DNA of 64,000 bases from Torpedo marmorata (Eukaryota): positions 101,060,001 to 101,124,000 of the forward strand of contig OZ360226.1 of assembly GCA_977017645.1 (NCBI GenBank), in the 5' to 3' direction. Within the stretch, counting starts at the first letter, position 1. Every line of letters starts with the position of its first letter. Below, one piece after another: positions 13,957 through 28,269 of this stretch. Under the pieces are notes generated by a model. The model was given only the letters and a program-made list of their open reading frames with translations. It ran no database searches and was not told where the DNA came from. Both the position numbers and the translations under genes were made by a program.

Positions 13957-14522
13957 ATTTAGAGTAATGGCATTTTTCAAGTGTTCTGCCCAACATTTTC
14001 CTACCAAGCTGCTGAGATTTGCATGGAAAAACTAATAATCTTTTCAGTTTTTTGGCTGGTTGAGTATCATGGCTGAATGTAAATGAACAACTGAATCACT
14101 CTACATTACCAGGGTAACTATATTTCCAAAGTTTTTTTTCCAGATGCACTTTCAGCCATTTGAAGATCTTGAAGGCAAACTAATACCAGAACAGATGAGG
14201 CTGGTCAACACCTCTTCAGTAAAGCAAAATATAGTGCTTCCTTGCCACCAGTGGGTGGCAATATCACTGCTTTACCTATTTTTGCAACCTCCATCTGGCA
14301 GTGTTTCATTTAACCTAATGGCATTGATATGACTGTTCACAGTAGCTAACTCAACTAAATTGAGAGTCATACTTGGAATGTATCTGATATACTTAACTAT
14401 GCAATTAACCATTGAAGAACTTAAGTTTTTTTTTCATATTTGCATCAGGTCCCACATTGTAATTGTACCTGTGGGGGAGAAAAAAAACATTTGTAATCAA
14501 TAAAGTATTTCATTGTTCTTAA

Positions 14523-14693
<171 letters not shown>

Positions 14694-15639
14694 TAAATAT
14701 TCTAAAAAGAAAAAGTTGTTTCAGCCGGTAAAATGCTGATTCTCCATTTAATGGAGCACTTTTACCATTTTGTTAAAGTTCTTAATGAACTTGAAGCAAT
14801 CACAGCCTCTGAACGTTCAAGAGAATAGTATTAATTAAACCTTATAAATTTGTGTGAATAGACTGCACTGAACAACTTTTAATCTTCTATTAGTAGGTTT
14901 CTGTATTGATACTTGGAGAAAGTAAAAGGACATGCAGTAACATTCCAATGGTCCACTGTCAAAATATTTGGAAATTCCAATGGTTTGGCATTTGATTCAC
15001 CACATTGTTTTGAGGTCCCTTGAAAATCACCAGAGCCCCAGTTCTTGAGCACCTTCAAGTTACTGATTTCACTGCAAAATTATTGTAATTTGTGTAACAT
15101 CTCAAAAAATAACTACTGTAATTAAAAGTGTCCAGAAATCCAGAAGTTTAGCACCACCAAAGTCCGAGTTTGATGGATTATTAGAGCTTTTCCATACTTG
15201 GCTATCTTAAAACCTGGAGTTTATATTGCATAATGTGAAATATAGCAGTTGTGTTGTCCAAGAATAAGAAATAGGCTTCTTTAATTGTCTTTCTAATTCT
15301 CATTCTTCTTGTTTTGCCTTGTTTTTTGTTTCCCATTGTTGCTCATTTTTGTTTTGTCTTTCTTGCATTTTCTCTCCTTTCTTTATTTCTGGTTGTTTCC
15401 AAATTGACTGTAACCTGGATTGATGTAGCTCATTTAACATGGCAAGACATCAAAAGGAACCACAGAAGCATTATCAGGTAATGTTTGGTGCTGAGCTACG
15501 TCAGGAGGCATTAGAAATGATGACTTAAAAACTTGGTCATGGAAAATGGTTTGAGAAGTCTTTTAAAAGAGCGAAAGGAAGTCGTGAGGCAGAGTGATTG
15601 AATAATTGACTCTTAAGCCTTCAGGTAGTGCAACCTCAT

Positions 15640-16118
15640 CAAAGCAGATACATTTTGGAGGAGGATATCCCCTCATTTGGGTGTATCTTTGCCACCCATT
15701 CCATTTCAACATTCCAAAAGGACTGTTACCATTGTGACTCTTCCATGTCCATCCACTACTCTTTCTTTAATGCTGCTTTCCCAAATGACAGCAGGAGACA
15801 CAATACATGCTCTTTTACTTTGTGCGTTCCCGTCTAGGGACACGAACAGCCCTTGCAGGTAAATAAGCAATTAACTTGCATGTTTTCCAATTTTGTGCAC
15901 TGCATTCAGTGCTTACCATGTGGCCACTTCTCTCTTGGAGAAACCACATACAGATTGGGTGAACGTTTTGCAAGAACACCTCCCTTCAGTCTGCAAAGAT
16001 GACCCTGAATTCTCGTTAGTTCTCCATCCCATTCCCATTCTTGTCTATCTTAGGCCTCCAGACTATTCCAGTGAAACCTAATATAAGCTCAAGACAGCAC
16101 CTCATTTTCTGTCTCAGC
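15640..16118 (+). mobile_element. Old Penelope-like GIY-YIG fragment
   Basis: Degenerate similarity to 44880-45360 (CI.C..CG..GET, QHLIF.L). Confidence 0.6.
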
Positions 16119-17490
16119 ATAGAACAGCACAAGAATAGGCCCTTCAGCCCACGTGTCTGTGCTAAGCATGATGTCCAAATCAAACTAAAACTCTGCTGCT
16201 TGCACCAGGTGGATGTCCTTCCATCCCTTCATATTCGTATGTCTAATTAGAAGTCTCTTAAATGCCACTATTCTATCTGCTTCTGCCACTACTCCTGACA
16301 GGCCATTCTAGGCATCTTGCACTCTCTGTAAAATATTTCCCCCGCACATCTCCCTTAAAATTCCTCTCCATTACCTTAAACACGTCCTCCAGTGCGTGAT
16401 GCCTGGGGAAAATATTCGGACTGCCCACCCTATCAATGCCTCTTATGACATTATACTTGTCAGTCAGGTCAACCCTCAGCCTCTTATGCTCCAGAGAAAA
16501 CAACCCAAGTTTGTCCGATCTCTCCCCATAACTCGTATCCTCTAAACCACACAATATCGTGGTAAACCTCTTCTGTACCCTTTTCAACACCTTCCCACAT
16601 CCTACTTGAAATGGTGTGACCAGGATTGCACACACTATTCTAAGTGCGGCCTAACCAAAGTTAAGTATAGCTAAAACGAGACTCCCTTTTGTTCTCGATT
16701 CCCCGCCAATGAAGCCAGGCATGCCTTATTCCTTCTTTACCACCCTATCTACTTGCAGGCCACTTTTTCAATGAGGTATGTGTGTATATCCGCAGATCCC
16801 TCTGCACATCAATTCTTTTAAGAGCCCTACTATTAACTGTATGCATACTCTTTACGTTTGACCTTCCAAAGTACAACGCCTCACACTTGTCCTGGATTAA
16901 ACTCCACCTGCCATATCTCTGTTCATAACTGTAACTGATCCATATCCTGTTGTAGTCTTTTATAGGCCTCTACACTGTCCACAATTCCACCAATGTTTGT
17001 ATCATCTGCTAACATACTAATCCACCCACCTTTTTCATCTGTCATTTATGAATATTGCAAACAGCAGGCGCCAACACCAATCCCTGAAGAACACCAATGG
17101 TCAACCTGAATAACAGCCTTCCACCACTACCCTCTGTCTCCTTTGCGCCAGCCAATTTTGTATCCAAGTCGTCAATTCACCATGGATCCCATGCATCTGT
17201 ACCTTCTGAATAAGCCTACCATGAAGGACTTGTCAAATGCTTTACTAACTAACATCCATGTATACAACATCCACTGCCTTACCCTCATCAATCATCTATG
17301 TCACCTCCCCAAAAACTCAAATTGGTAAGACGTGACCTGCATGTTCATCTCTGTACTAAAGGGAAGTTCTTTCCTGAGGCTGTGCCCTCTGGTTCTACTC
17401 TCTCCCATTACTGGAAACATCTTATCCATGTCCACTCTATCCAGCCCTTTTAACATTCGGCAGATTTCAAAGGGATCCCCTCCACCCCCT
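16119..17490 (-). mobile_element. Old CR1 LINE fragments
   Basis: RVQKRFT..LGLFSLE..; MLKGLDRVD..ESRTRGH peptides. Confidence 0.85.
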
Positions 17491-18149
17491 CGTTCTTCAA
17501 AGCCATCTTTCACCGAGCAACATAAAATCAAACTTTTTTTTCCTCTCTCTTCAATATTGAAGACTCATGGACTCTAAATGTTAACTGTTTCTCTCTCCAC
17601 AGAAAGCTGCCTAACCTGTTGTGTATTTCCAGGATATCATCTTACTTGCCTTTTGAATAGTTTATTTGGCTGTACATATTACTGATTTAAGTGTCTTTAT
17701 CTCCTTTTCTATCTCGTTATTTCTATATATTCCATATCCATTTGCTTCAAGAAGTGTTTCATGCATGGGTTCTAACCTTGCCACAGTGCTAATGTGGTGA
17801 ATTATTATTTTTATGAAATGAATGAATTATGATGTGGATTATTTATCCTACCATGTTTGGAGCTCGATAGTCTGAAGCTATATTCAGAAGGTGAAGTTCA
17901 TACAGCTAAGATAAGGCAGTTAAGAAGCAGAAATGAACATGGTATTTAATGTCAACCAATGTGTGTACTTTCTTTTTCACCTTCCTAACTTGGTGAGAGG
18001 GCTTTTCCCCACATAAACCTTTTCTCCTATCTTTAAAAATATTTCATCGTGGTCCCTTCCTTTGTCCTTGTACATTTAGTAGTTTTTTTCATTCAGAGAC
18101 TGGATAGGCTGAGACTGTTTTTCCTGGAGTAAGAGAGGCTGAGGTGTGA

Positions 18150-18965
18150 TTTTAAGTTTACAAGTTTATTTGTTAAATTATACCTTGTACAGTGAGAAGG
18201 GTTCTTCTGCAATCATTCTAATAGGTCATCTCTAACATTTATATAGCTGTGTAAAGAGCACAATTTACAGAGTATAGAGTTACAATGAAAAGAAAGATGA
18301 ATTAGCACCAAGCAAGGGCAGCATGATAGTATTGCTGTGGGGTTCATTCAGGAGCCTGATGACTGCGGGAAAGAAACTGTATTTAAGACTGTTGGCATGC
18401 ACTTTGACGCACTGCTTTCCACTGGGAGAAGAGAGTGTTTCTGGGGTGTGTAATGGATTCTTCAGTATGTTGGCTGCCTTTCCCAGGCAGTAGGAGATGT
18501 AGATGGAGTCCATGGAGGGGAGAGATGTTTGTGTTATGTTCTAAGCTGCATTCGCCAATTTCTGTAACTTCCAATCTTATCCTTTCGATGGTGTACCCGT
18601 AGAAGTTGTTCAGCGACAGAGGGGGCATGCTAAACCTCCTTCGTCTCATGGTGTGTTTTGTGATAGTTGCATCAACGTGCTTGTCCCAGATCAGGTCATT
18701 GGAGATGGAACTTGAAGCTATTCCATTTTCAGCACCATTAATGTGGACAGGGGTGTAGACACTGCTTCCCTCTTGAAGTCAATGATCATCTTCATTTTAT
18801 CGATGATGAGAGAGAGGTTGTTATACTGGCACCATGCCACTACACTTTCAATCTCTTTGCTGTATTTTGTCTCGTCGTTAACACTCAGCCTACTACTGGA
18901 TTGAGTTGGAGCAGTATTTAGCTGTGCAATTGTGGGTGTAGAGGGAGTGCAGTTGGGGACTGAGT
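18150..18965 (-). mobile_element. Rex1/Babar LINE fragment
   Basis: MDSIYISYCLGKAANILK..SFFPAVIRLLN. Confidence 0.75.
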
Positions 18966-19219
18966 ATACATCTAGAGGTTTATAAAATCATAGATAAGGA
19001 GGATGGTGATTATCTTTTTCCCCAGGGGAACAGAGTTTTAGTGCAGGCTGAGAGTAAGGAATGGAGTACACAGATTGAAATGTTATGAGACCATATGAGG
19101 AAATAAGAGGGAAATGGGCTTAAAAGGATGATGTATATTAGTGAACTAATTCTGCCTGACTCTGTATGTCAGTTCATAATCTTCAACTCATTTCATTGTC
19201 ATTCCAGTTATTTAATTTT

Positions 19220-21790
19220 TTTTCAGTGCTTTAACATGTTCTGTTGGAAAAAATTGTTCTTGAACCAACGGGTGCTGGTCTTCAGGCTTCTGCCCGAAGG
19301 TAGCAGTAAGAAGAGGTTGTGACCAGGGTGATAGGGGTCTTTTGTGATGTTGGCTGCCTTCCTGTGGCAGCACCTGCTATTAAATGCATTCAATGGATGG
19401 GAGGTCGGAGCCTGGGATGGAACTGGCTATGTTTATTACTTAAAAAACACAAATGCTGGAGAAACTCAGCAGGTCAAACAGTGTATTTTATGTAGCAAAG
19501 GTAGAAATACATAACTGACGTTTCGGGCTTGAGCCCTTCATCAAAGTATGAGAAAATGCCGGCAGGCGTCCGAACAAAAGAGTGAGGGGGGGGGGAAGGT
19601 GGGTGGCAAAGGCAGGAGATGATAGATGCAGTGAGGACATGTTCCTGGCAGAACTTGTCCTCACTCTCAATAACTTCTCCTTCAACTCATCCCACTTCCT
19701 CCAAATCAAAGGGTACCCGCAAGGGTCCCAGCTACGCCGGCCTGTTTGTGGGCTTTGTGGAGCAATCCATGCTGCAAGCCTACACAGGCAAGACCCCTCA
19801 TCTCTTCCTCCGTTATATCGATGACTACATCGGGGCTGCCTCATGCACCCGCGATGAGCTTGTCAACTTCATCCACTTCGCATCCAACTTCCACCACGAT
19901 CTCAAACTCACCTGGTCCATCTCCGATAACACTCTCCCCTTCCTGGATCTCTCTGTCTCCATCTCAGGAGACAAGCTTTCCACCGACATTTACTACAAAC
20001 CCTCCAACTCCCACAACTATCTGGACTACACTTCCTCACACCCTGTCCCCTGCAAGGATTCCATCCCCTTCTTTCAATTTCTCCGCCGCATCTGTTCCCA
20101 AGATGAGGTCTTCCAGTCCAGATCTTCTGAAATGTCTGCCTTCTTCCACAAACGTGGCTTCCCCTTCACCACCATCAACTCAGCCCTCACCCGCATCTCC
20201 TCCATTTTCTGCTCATCTGCCCTGGCCCCCTCTGCCCCCAGACGCAACAAACATAGAATTCCCCTTATCCTCACCTACCACCCCACCAGCCTCCACATCC
20301 AACACATTATCCGCCGGAATTTCCGGCACTTACTACAGGATCCCACCACCAGACATATTTTTCCTTCTCCTCCCCTCTCGGCCTTCCGCAGGGACTGCTC
20401 CCTCCGCGATTCCCTCGTGCACTCATCCCTCCCCACCCATCGCACCCCCGGCACCTTCCCCTGTGCCCGCAGGAGGTGCAACACCTGCGCCCACACCTCC
20501 CCCCTCACCACGGTCCGGGGCCCCAAACAGGCCTTTCAACTGAAACTACACTTTACTTGTACATCCAGAGAACTTATTTACTGCATCCGGTGCTCCCTTT
20601 GTGGCTTTCTCTACATCAGAGAGACCGGTCGTAGATTGGGAGATCGCTTTGCTGAGCACCTCCTCTCCGTCCGCAACAACAGCGACCTCCCAGTAGCCAG
20701 CCATTTCATTTCCGAGTCACACTCCCACACTCATATGTATGTCCATGGCCTTAAATACTATCCCACCCAGACTACCCGCAAATTGGAGGAACAACATCTC
20801 ATTTTCCGTCTGGGCACTCTCCAGCCAGATGGCATGAACATTGACTTTTCTGCTTTCCACTAAACCTGCTTGTCTTTTCCTTCCCCTCCCCCCTCACCTG
20901 TCCTTCCTGTTTTTTTTCCACCCACCCAGCCATCCCTCATCCCCCTCTTTGCTGCTGTCCCCTCCCTTCTTTCTCCACCTATCATCTCCTGCCTTTGCCA
21001 CCCCCCTTTCCCCCCTCACTCTTTTGTTCGGACACCTGCCGGCATTTTCTCATACTTTGATGAAGGGCTCAAGCCCGAAATGTCGGTTATGTATTTCTAC
21101 CTTTGCTACATAAAAGACACTGTTTGACCTGCTGAGTTTCTCCAGCATTTGTGTTTTTTACTTCAACCACGGTGTCTACTGATTTTCGTGTTTTACTTAT
21201 GTTTATTACTTTCTGGCAGCTTCTGCATTCCAGGGTAGTTGAATTCCCAAACCAGGCTGTGATGCAACTTCTCAGTATACTTGCCGTATGTGCACTTGTA
21301 GAAATTTGATAGAGTTTTTGACGACATGCTAAACCTCCTCAAATTCCTCAGAAAGTAGTGTCGTTGGTGTGTCTTCTTCACAGTTGCCTCGATGTGCTGG
21401 CTCCAGGAGAGGTCTTTTAAAATATGGACTCCCAGGAACTTGAAGGTTCTAACCCTCTCCACCTCCTTCCCATCAAATCAGGCAGGTGTGTAGTCCCTCT
21501 GTCTCTCCTTCCTAAAATCAACAATAAACTCTTAAGTCTTGGTGACATTGAGAGTAAGGTTGTTCTGGCACCACCCAGCCTGACTCTGTATCTCCATTCT
21601 GTATTATGACTCATCATTTCATGTAATTCGGCTGACAACAGTAGTGTTGTCAGCCTGTTTGTAGATCAAGTAGGCGCCGCACTTGGCTATGCAGTTATGA
21701 GTGAACAGGGAGTAGAGGACTAACCATGCAGCCTTGGAATGCCCCTGTATTGATGGTCAGCATGGAAAAGGTGATGTTGCTGATTCGCAC
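19220..21790 (-). mobile_element. Rex1/Babar LINE fragment interrupted by a Penelope insertion
   Basis: ERVRTFKFLGVHI..WSQH..QRHYFLR..TLSNFYKCT; continues left of 19428. Confidence 0.8.
19442..21197 (+). mobile_element. 5'-truncated Penelope-like (Neptune-type) element with inverted 5' pLTR
   Basis: RT (FLRYIDD) + GIY-YIG ORF to 20863; inverted pLTR 19442-19625; 14-bp TSD TATGTTTATTACTT at 19428-19441 and 21198-21211. Confidence 0.95.
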
Positions 21791-21794
21791 TGAT

Positions 21795-23020
21795 TGGAAC
21801 CTGCCAAATACCTCGTGATTTCAAATCTTCGTATCATTTTGCTAAAGTTCCAAAGTAAAGTATGTCTCATTATCTGTCATCCCACTTCTTTTCACCCTCA
21901 CATCAATTCAATTAATTCTCCTACCCTCCTCTTCCTACTCAGCTTCAATGTACTTCCTTACTCCTCGCTTGTGCCTTTCCTTTCTAATCTCCTTTTCTCA
22001 CAAGTAATATGCTCACATGAAATAATTGTTATCGTTATTTTTCCAGTATTAAATAGATTTTTGTTGACCTGCTTATGTCTTGTTTACAACCATATCAACA
22101 AAATCAAGTGCCTCCAATTGTTGCTGCATATTCCAAGATTCACCTTTAAACATTCACACCATACTTCTGGTTTCATACAAAATGGAAATATTCTTTTGCA
22201 TAGCACTTTGTTTATAAGATTGCACAAATTGCTTTTCATATTGCCAAACAGACTTCGTTGCATCTGACTTTCTAATGACTTCATAACATTAATTATATGT
22301 TTAAGGATTGCCTCCAATATTTCTTTAAAAATCTAATTGTGATTACTTTTACATTAGTTCATCTAGTACTGTTTAATCCAAGTAAAAAAACAAAATGCTG
22401 GAGAAGCTCAGCAGGTCAAACAGTGTCCTTTATGCAGCAAAGGTAAAAATACATAACCGACGTTTCGGGCTTGAGCCCTTCATCAAGGTATGAGAGAATA
22501 CCGGCAGCCATCAGAACAAAAAGGTGGGGGGGGGGGTGGCAAAGGCAGGAGATGATAGGTGGAGAAAGGAGGGAGGGGACAGCAGCAATGAGGGGGAGGA
22601 GGGATGGCTAGGTGGGTAAGGGGGAAGGGAGGGGAGAACTGGAAAGACAGGAAAGGGGGAGGGGAAAGAAAAGGCCACCTAGCCATCCCTCCTCCTCCTC
22701 ATTGCTGCTGTGCCCTCCCTCCTTTCTCCACCTATCATCTCCTGCCTTTGCCTCCCCCACCCCCCCCCCCCACCTTTTTGTTCGGACGCCTGCCGGCATT
22801 CTCTCATACCTTGTTGAAGGGCTCAAGCCCGAAACGTCGGTTATATATTTTTACCTTTGCTACATAAAGGACGCTGTTTGACCTTGAGCTTCTTCAGCAT
22901 TTTGTGTTTTTACTTCAACCACGGTGTCTACAGATTTTCGTGATTTACTACTGTTTAATCCAAGTTGCCTTTCCGAATATCTCAATTTCTCTCTTGTACC
23001 TTCAATTAATATTTCAATAC
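21795..23020 (-). mobile_element. Degenerate L1-like fragment, interrupted by a Penelope foldback
   Basis: AT-rich minus peptides resembling L1 ORF2 C-terminal half; boundaries approximate. Confidence 0.45.
22384..22948. mobile_element. ORF-less head-to-head pair of Penelope pLTRs (foldback)
   Basis: Minus pLTR 22384-22672 plus plus-strand pLTR 22676-22948; TSD TACTGTTTAATCCAAGT at 22367-22383 and 22949-22965. Confidence 0.9.
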
Positions 23021-23910
23021 TCAAAAGATATTTGACAAAGTAAAGTGTTTATCAATTGATTTTTAATGTTGAATGCAACATCTTAATAATTAAGACAACC
23101 TCTTGGAAAATATTTGGTAAAGTGCATACTACTTGTTAGGATATTTATCACAGAATTCAGTTAAGAATTTTAGGTTCGTTAAACTACTGGTATGAAAATA
23201 AAGCTTTCAGGAAATTAGTTTCCATGAAAGTCACATATTTTATGATCAGCAAATTATGCCCACTTCAATATAAGTAAAATATGACAAGCTAGATACAGAT
23301 TCTGCTTGTTTAATATTCTTCTGCAATCAAGTACACTCATTTTGTAGGTGTGTTTTGTTGTAATTGAAAGATTGATTATTGCCTCACTTTAGATTTACAT
23401 TTCAAATCTCACTATGATCAAAAATTTGAGGACAGATGTAGTTTAGCATAAACTGTCAGTTAAAGTTGATCTTGGTGATTTTGGTTGAGGGATAAAACTT
23501 TAACCTGGGGCCAAGAATTCACCCTATTTTGTGCACTTTTTAATGCATTTGAGCTATCATTCCCTTGGTACTGCACCTAAATGTCAGTTGAGATTATGAA
23601 CTGAAGTCTTTGAAGCCAGCTTGAACCCATGAATTTTTGACCGTTTGAAATGATCACCTCTAAATTCTGATGGTAGTGCATGGGAAATCAGCTTTATTTC
23701 ATTTCCTTGGCAGTCATTCTGGATTCCTCGGCAGAGGTTGTTAATTGATACTAAAGAAACTTGTGCTGGGACTTTCACTTGTTGCGGTAACAATAAATTT
23801 CACAAGTAATCTTTCATCGACTCTTAAGATACATGAATTTGTTAGTTCAATTGGTTTGCTTTAAATCTGCGTATCGTAAAAAAAATCTAATCACTTATCC
23901 ATTATTGAAA

Positions 23911-24406
23911 AGTAAACACGAAAATCTGTAGACACCGTGGTTAGAGTAAAAAACACAAAAGCTGGAGAACTCAGCAGGTCAAACAGTGTCTTTTATGTAG
24001 CAAAGGTAGAAATACATAACCGACGTTTCAGGCTTGAGCCCTTCTTCAAAGTATGAGAAAATGCCGGCAGACGTCCGAACAAAGGAGTGAGGGGGGAAGG
24101 GGGGTGGGAAAGGCAGGAGATAATAGGTGGAGAAAGGAGGGAGGGGACAGTAGCAAAGAGGGGGAGGAGGGATGGCTGGGTAGCTGGAGAAACACAGGAA
24201 GGACAGGTGAGGGGGGAGGGGAAGGGAACAACAAGCAGGTTTAGTGGAAAGCAGAAAAGTCAATGTTAATTCCATCTGGCTGGAGAGTGCCGAGACGGAA
24301 TATGAGATGTTGTTCCTCCAGTTTGCGGGTAGTCTGGGTGGGATAGTACATGAGGCCATGGACAGACATGTGAGTGTGGGAGTGTGACCCAGAATTGAAA
24401 TGGTTG
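23911..24406 (-). mobile_element. Penelope 3' fragment (end of GIY-YIG + pLTR), same young family as 41686-45697
   Basis: HFNSGSHSHTHMSVHGLMYYPTQTTRKLEEQHLIFRLGTLQPDG. Confidence 0.92.
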
Positions 24407-24419
24407 AACTTCACTTTGC

Positions 24420-25342
24420 TAAAACGCATATGTTTGCGTTATTGAATGAAATGAATTAAATGCAAAACTTTTTGGGATATTATTATGGGCCATGGCTGAC
24501 CATTTGGACTGCAGACAGTCAGCAGGAAGGATGAAGTCTTTTGGAGTACACACTGGGACCAGGTACTGAAAGAGTTAACTTGCCCAGGACTTGGTGTACT
24601 CAGAGAGAGAGACGAGAGAGAGACAGGCTGTAGAAAAATACTTTGTTGCACTTTTGCATAAGCAGGTGCAAAATCTGAAAAAGCATTCAGATTCAGTTGT
24701 TGTTTGGAGTTGCAAAGGCTGGAGAACACAGCAAAATCCAGGCTTGTGCATCCCAGGGGGAAAGGCTGGGAGAATAGCACATGGCCGCCTGTATCAGCAA
24801 AATCCTGAGTTAAAACAACTTTTGTGGAGAACAGGCGTGAGATCAGCGAGACCGGCTGTGAGATCCAAGTACACACCTCAATCAGTGGTATACTGATTTG
24901 GAGTCGCAATCCTCGTTTATCTACCAAAAGGGAAAGTCATCAGAGAAGAAAAGCAGGTCAAGTATTCGTAAGCTTAAACAGTCATTGTCTTTCTCTCTCC
25001 AATGTTCATTAAGAAGTCCTTCTTGCCAGCACACAGAGCTGAATTTGGACCCTGAACATGGAGAGTGAATTTTTGTGGACTGTATTTTTGGGACTGACTT
25101 ATTTTTGACTGACCTGGGGGTTTTGGGGAAGGTTTCCCATTTTTACATGAGGGTTGGGCACAGACTGTAATGGTCTGGGCTTTACACACACACACTCTGT
25201 AGATAAGAATAGTGTTTATAGACATTTATAGTGGGGTTAATTGTTGTGAAATTATATGTTTAATTGTCTTTAATAAATATTAATTTCAATTTTACACCTT
25301 TTGCATTGTGTCTTCTGTCTTTGCTGGTTTGGATTTGTAACA
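24420..25342 (+). mobile_element. LTR-like sequence (5' boundary uncertain)
   Basis: Ends ...GTAACA about 60 nt after AATAAA; layout shared with 1-910; no TSD found. Confidence 0.45.
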
Positions 25343-25502
25343 ATATCTTTGGAAGTTGAATGAGAACTCCACTTTTACAACCGCTTTGTCGTCTCTGAAT
25401 TTTCTTTCTTAATTCTACATTTTATGAAAAATTGATGTGTTTTATCCTGGTCATAATTACTGGGAGAGCTCCAAATATATATTTTCATTTGTGCATTTAT
25501 AG

Positions 25503-25706
<204 letters not shown>

Positions 25707-26703
25707 TGATAGCAAGTATTCTGTATTAGCTTGCATCTTTAAGATGTTGAAAAAGACTTTGCAAAATAGTGTACAAATGTCAAGTATATGGATAAACTTT
25801 GTTTACCTGAGGGCATTTCTTTCCTTTCTGTCAAGAACTATTAATGTCTTTCCAGATTGAAGGGTTTCGCTACAGGATACTCCTAATATTACAACAAAAT
25901 ATAATCTAGCATAATTGCTGAATTTATTTCTTGATTTATTGAATGTCTAAATTATTAAATTAAAAAGGCCTGCTTGAATCTGAACCATCAAAGGGGGAGA
26001 AGTAGCTGAAAAAAAAAAGAATAATAATAATCAAACCAGAATGTCAGATCTAATTACAAAATACTCAATATAGATGTAATTAGTGAAATTTCTTGAAACA
26101 TTAATCATTTTGATGGGGATAAAATTGCAAAAAAAACCATATAAAATAGTTGTTCCTGTTGTTTTTTTGAAAAATTCATGGTAGTATGTACTTCCAGAAA
26201 TTGTTTTGCCTGAACAATTATTTGTGTTTAAGTTTCAAAATAGCTATCAGTATGGATTTAGAGACAGATAGTGCTGTTTTGAGATCCTGGAATGTTAATA
26301 CATTGGGAACAGCTGAGTGAAAACTGTCAATTTGATTATTGCACTATTGTAATTTTTAAGGGTTTAATTTGTAAAAGTAAATGTGGCATTTTCACATGAT
26401 GTTTCTTTGAAAGAAATTCTAACATTGTAATTTTTTTTTCTTGATAACCTGTGTGGCAACATCAGGTTGAATCAGCAAGGTATAGAGAGAACTGTGTGGC
26501 AAAGAAAGGATTTTTGTATCTGAAAATCTGTACCAGGGCTCACTATTTCCATGCACAGAATTGAGAAATGGAATATACAGGCAAGAAAAAAGACCGAGTT
26601 TTGAGGTTTTATGGGGAATGATCAGGGCCCATTGAATAAGATGCATGTTTGTAAACATAAGATGCCCTGGTGCTAGTAATCACTGTCTTCTGTATATGCT
26701 TGA

Positions 26704-26802
<99 letters not shown>

Positions 26803-28269
26803 TAGTAAGACTAATATATTGTATATGTTCACAGAAACATTTTCCATTACTGAAGATAAAATTGTGTTATAAGGGAGACTAGCGAACACCTGTTGTTCCT
26901 TATTGGATAAAATTGTTGGACCAGTTACCACCATGTATTTCTCTCATCCTGAAGTCGCTGATTCATATGTGGAATAAACAGTACATGAACAGGCCATTTG
27001 GTTAAACGTTCATTCATGCTTCATTAAAGCTTCCTCCCTTGTATAACTCTCAGCATACTCTTTGATTTTCTTCCTTGTAAGCTTTTCCAACTTCCCATAT
27101 ACACTCTAAGCCGAGAGCAAAACACTAAAGATACTGGAACGATGAAACAGAAAAAGACACACATACTCAGTGTTGCAGTTCTGATGAGAGTCAGATTGTC
27201 AAGTGAACAAACATCACGAGCAATTGTGCTGACCTTGAATTTGGAGATGATTTAATTAACAAATTAAACGATACAGTGAGCTTAAGGCTGAATACTGTAC
27301 TGTGGTTAGGTAAATTTGTACTGGTGGCTGGTTGTCAAATTGCTGGCATTTCTCCTTGCAGCTGGTTGCCTCCAGTGGTGTTCAACATGGATACCTGTGC
27401 TTCCAGTTCTGTGCCCTTCCCAGTTCTTTTCCAAGAACTGAGCTTATGATTGAATGGGCAGACGGGATGGGCTGAATAGCCTATTTCTGCTCCTATGTCT
27501 TATGGTCATAAGGCGATGCAATTTCCACTCACCACTTTGTTACACAGTATAGGTTGGTGTGGTAACTGAGCCGGGTAATGATTGAACTAACTGGATCCTA
27601 TTGCATATTACACTGCATTACAAAGGCTACAATACACTACACAGACGCAGAACATTTGGTTCAACCAGTTCATGCCAGCATTTAGGCTTCATCCAAAGTG
27701 CCGCCTCTTTTTTCACTTAAAGCTTTCAGTGCGCCCTCTATTCCCTTCATTCATGTTGGCTATCCTTTCCTTCAATGTTCCCGTACTACTCGCTTTAAAC
27801 ACTTGTGGTTGTACATGATTTTTGCATGAGGTCAAATTATTTTTTCAAATTGTTTCCTTGCGCATTTTGATCAAGCCCAGCCACTTTACCAGCACTGCAA
27901 GTATTGATTTGCATTAAGAGTGCATTTTAGCAGTCATAATTCCCCTAATTTTATTTCCACTGAGGAAGGCTTCCTATTGGTAGTGCAAGATCAATTAATT
28001 TAACCATCTGTCAATACAACTATTTCTCAATCACATGCCTATGTCTAACAATAGCATTCATTCTATTCCTTGTTTGCTTTTCCTTGGCTAAGTAAATATC
28101 CACTCCCTAATTTAGGACCACATTTTCTGTGACAAAATCTTATCCTGGTTATCATTTTACTGTTATAGTTCAGCAAGAAATGCCAGTGTCATGGCCAACA
28201 ACAAATTGATGTTACCAAAATAGAATTGTTATAATAGCTCTGTAACTGTCTTTATTGTTGCATTTCACA

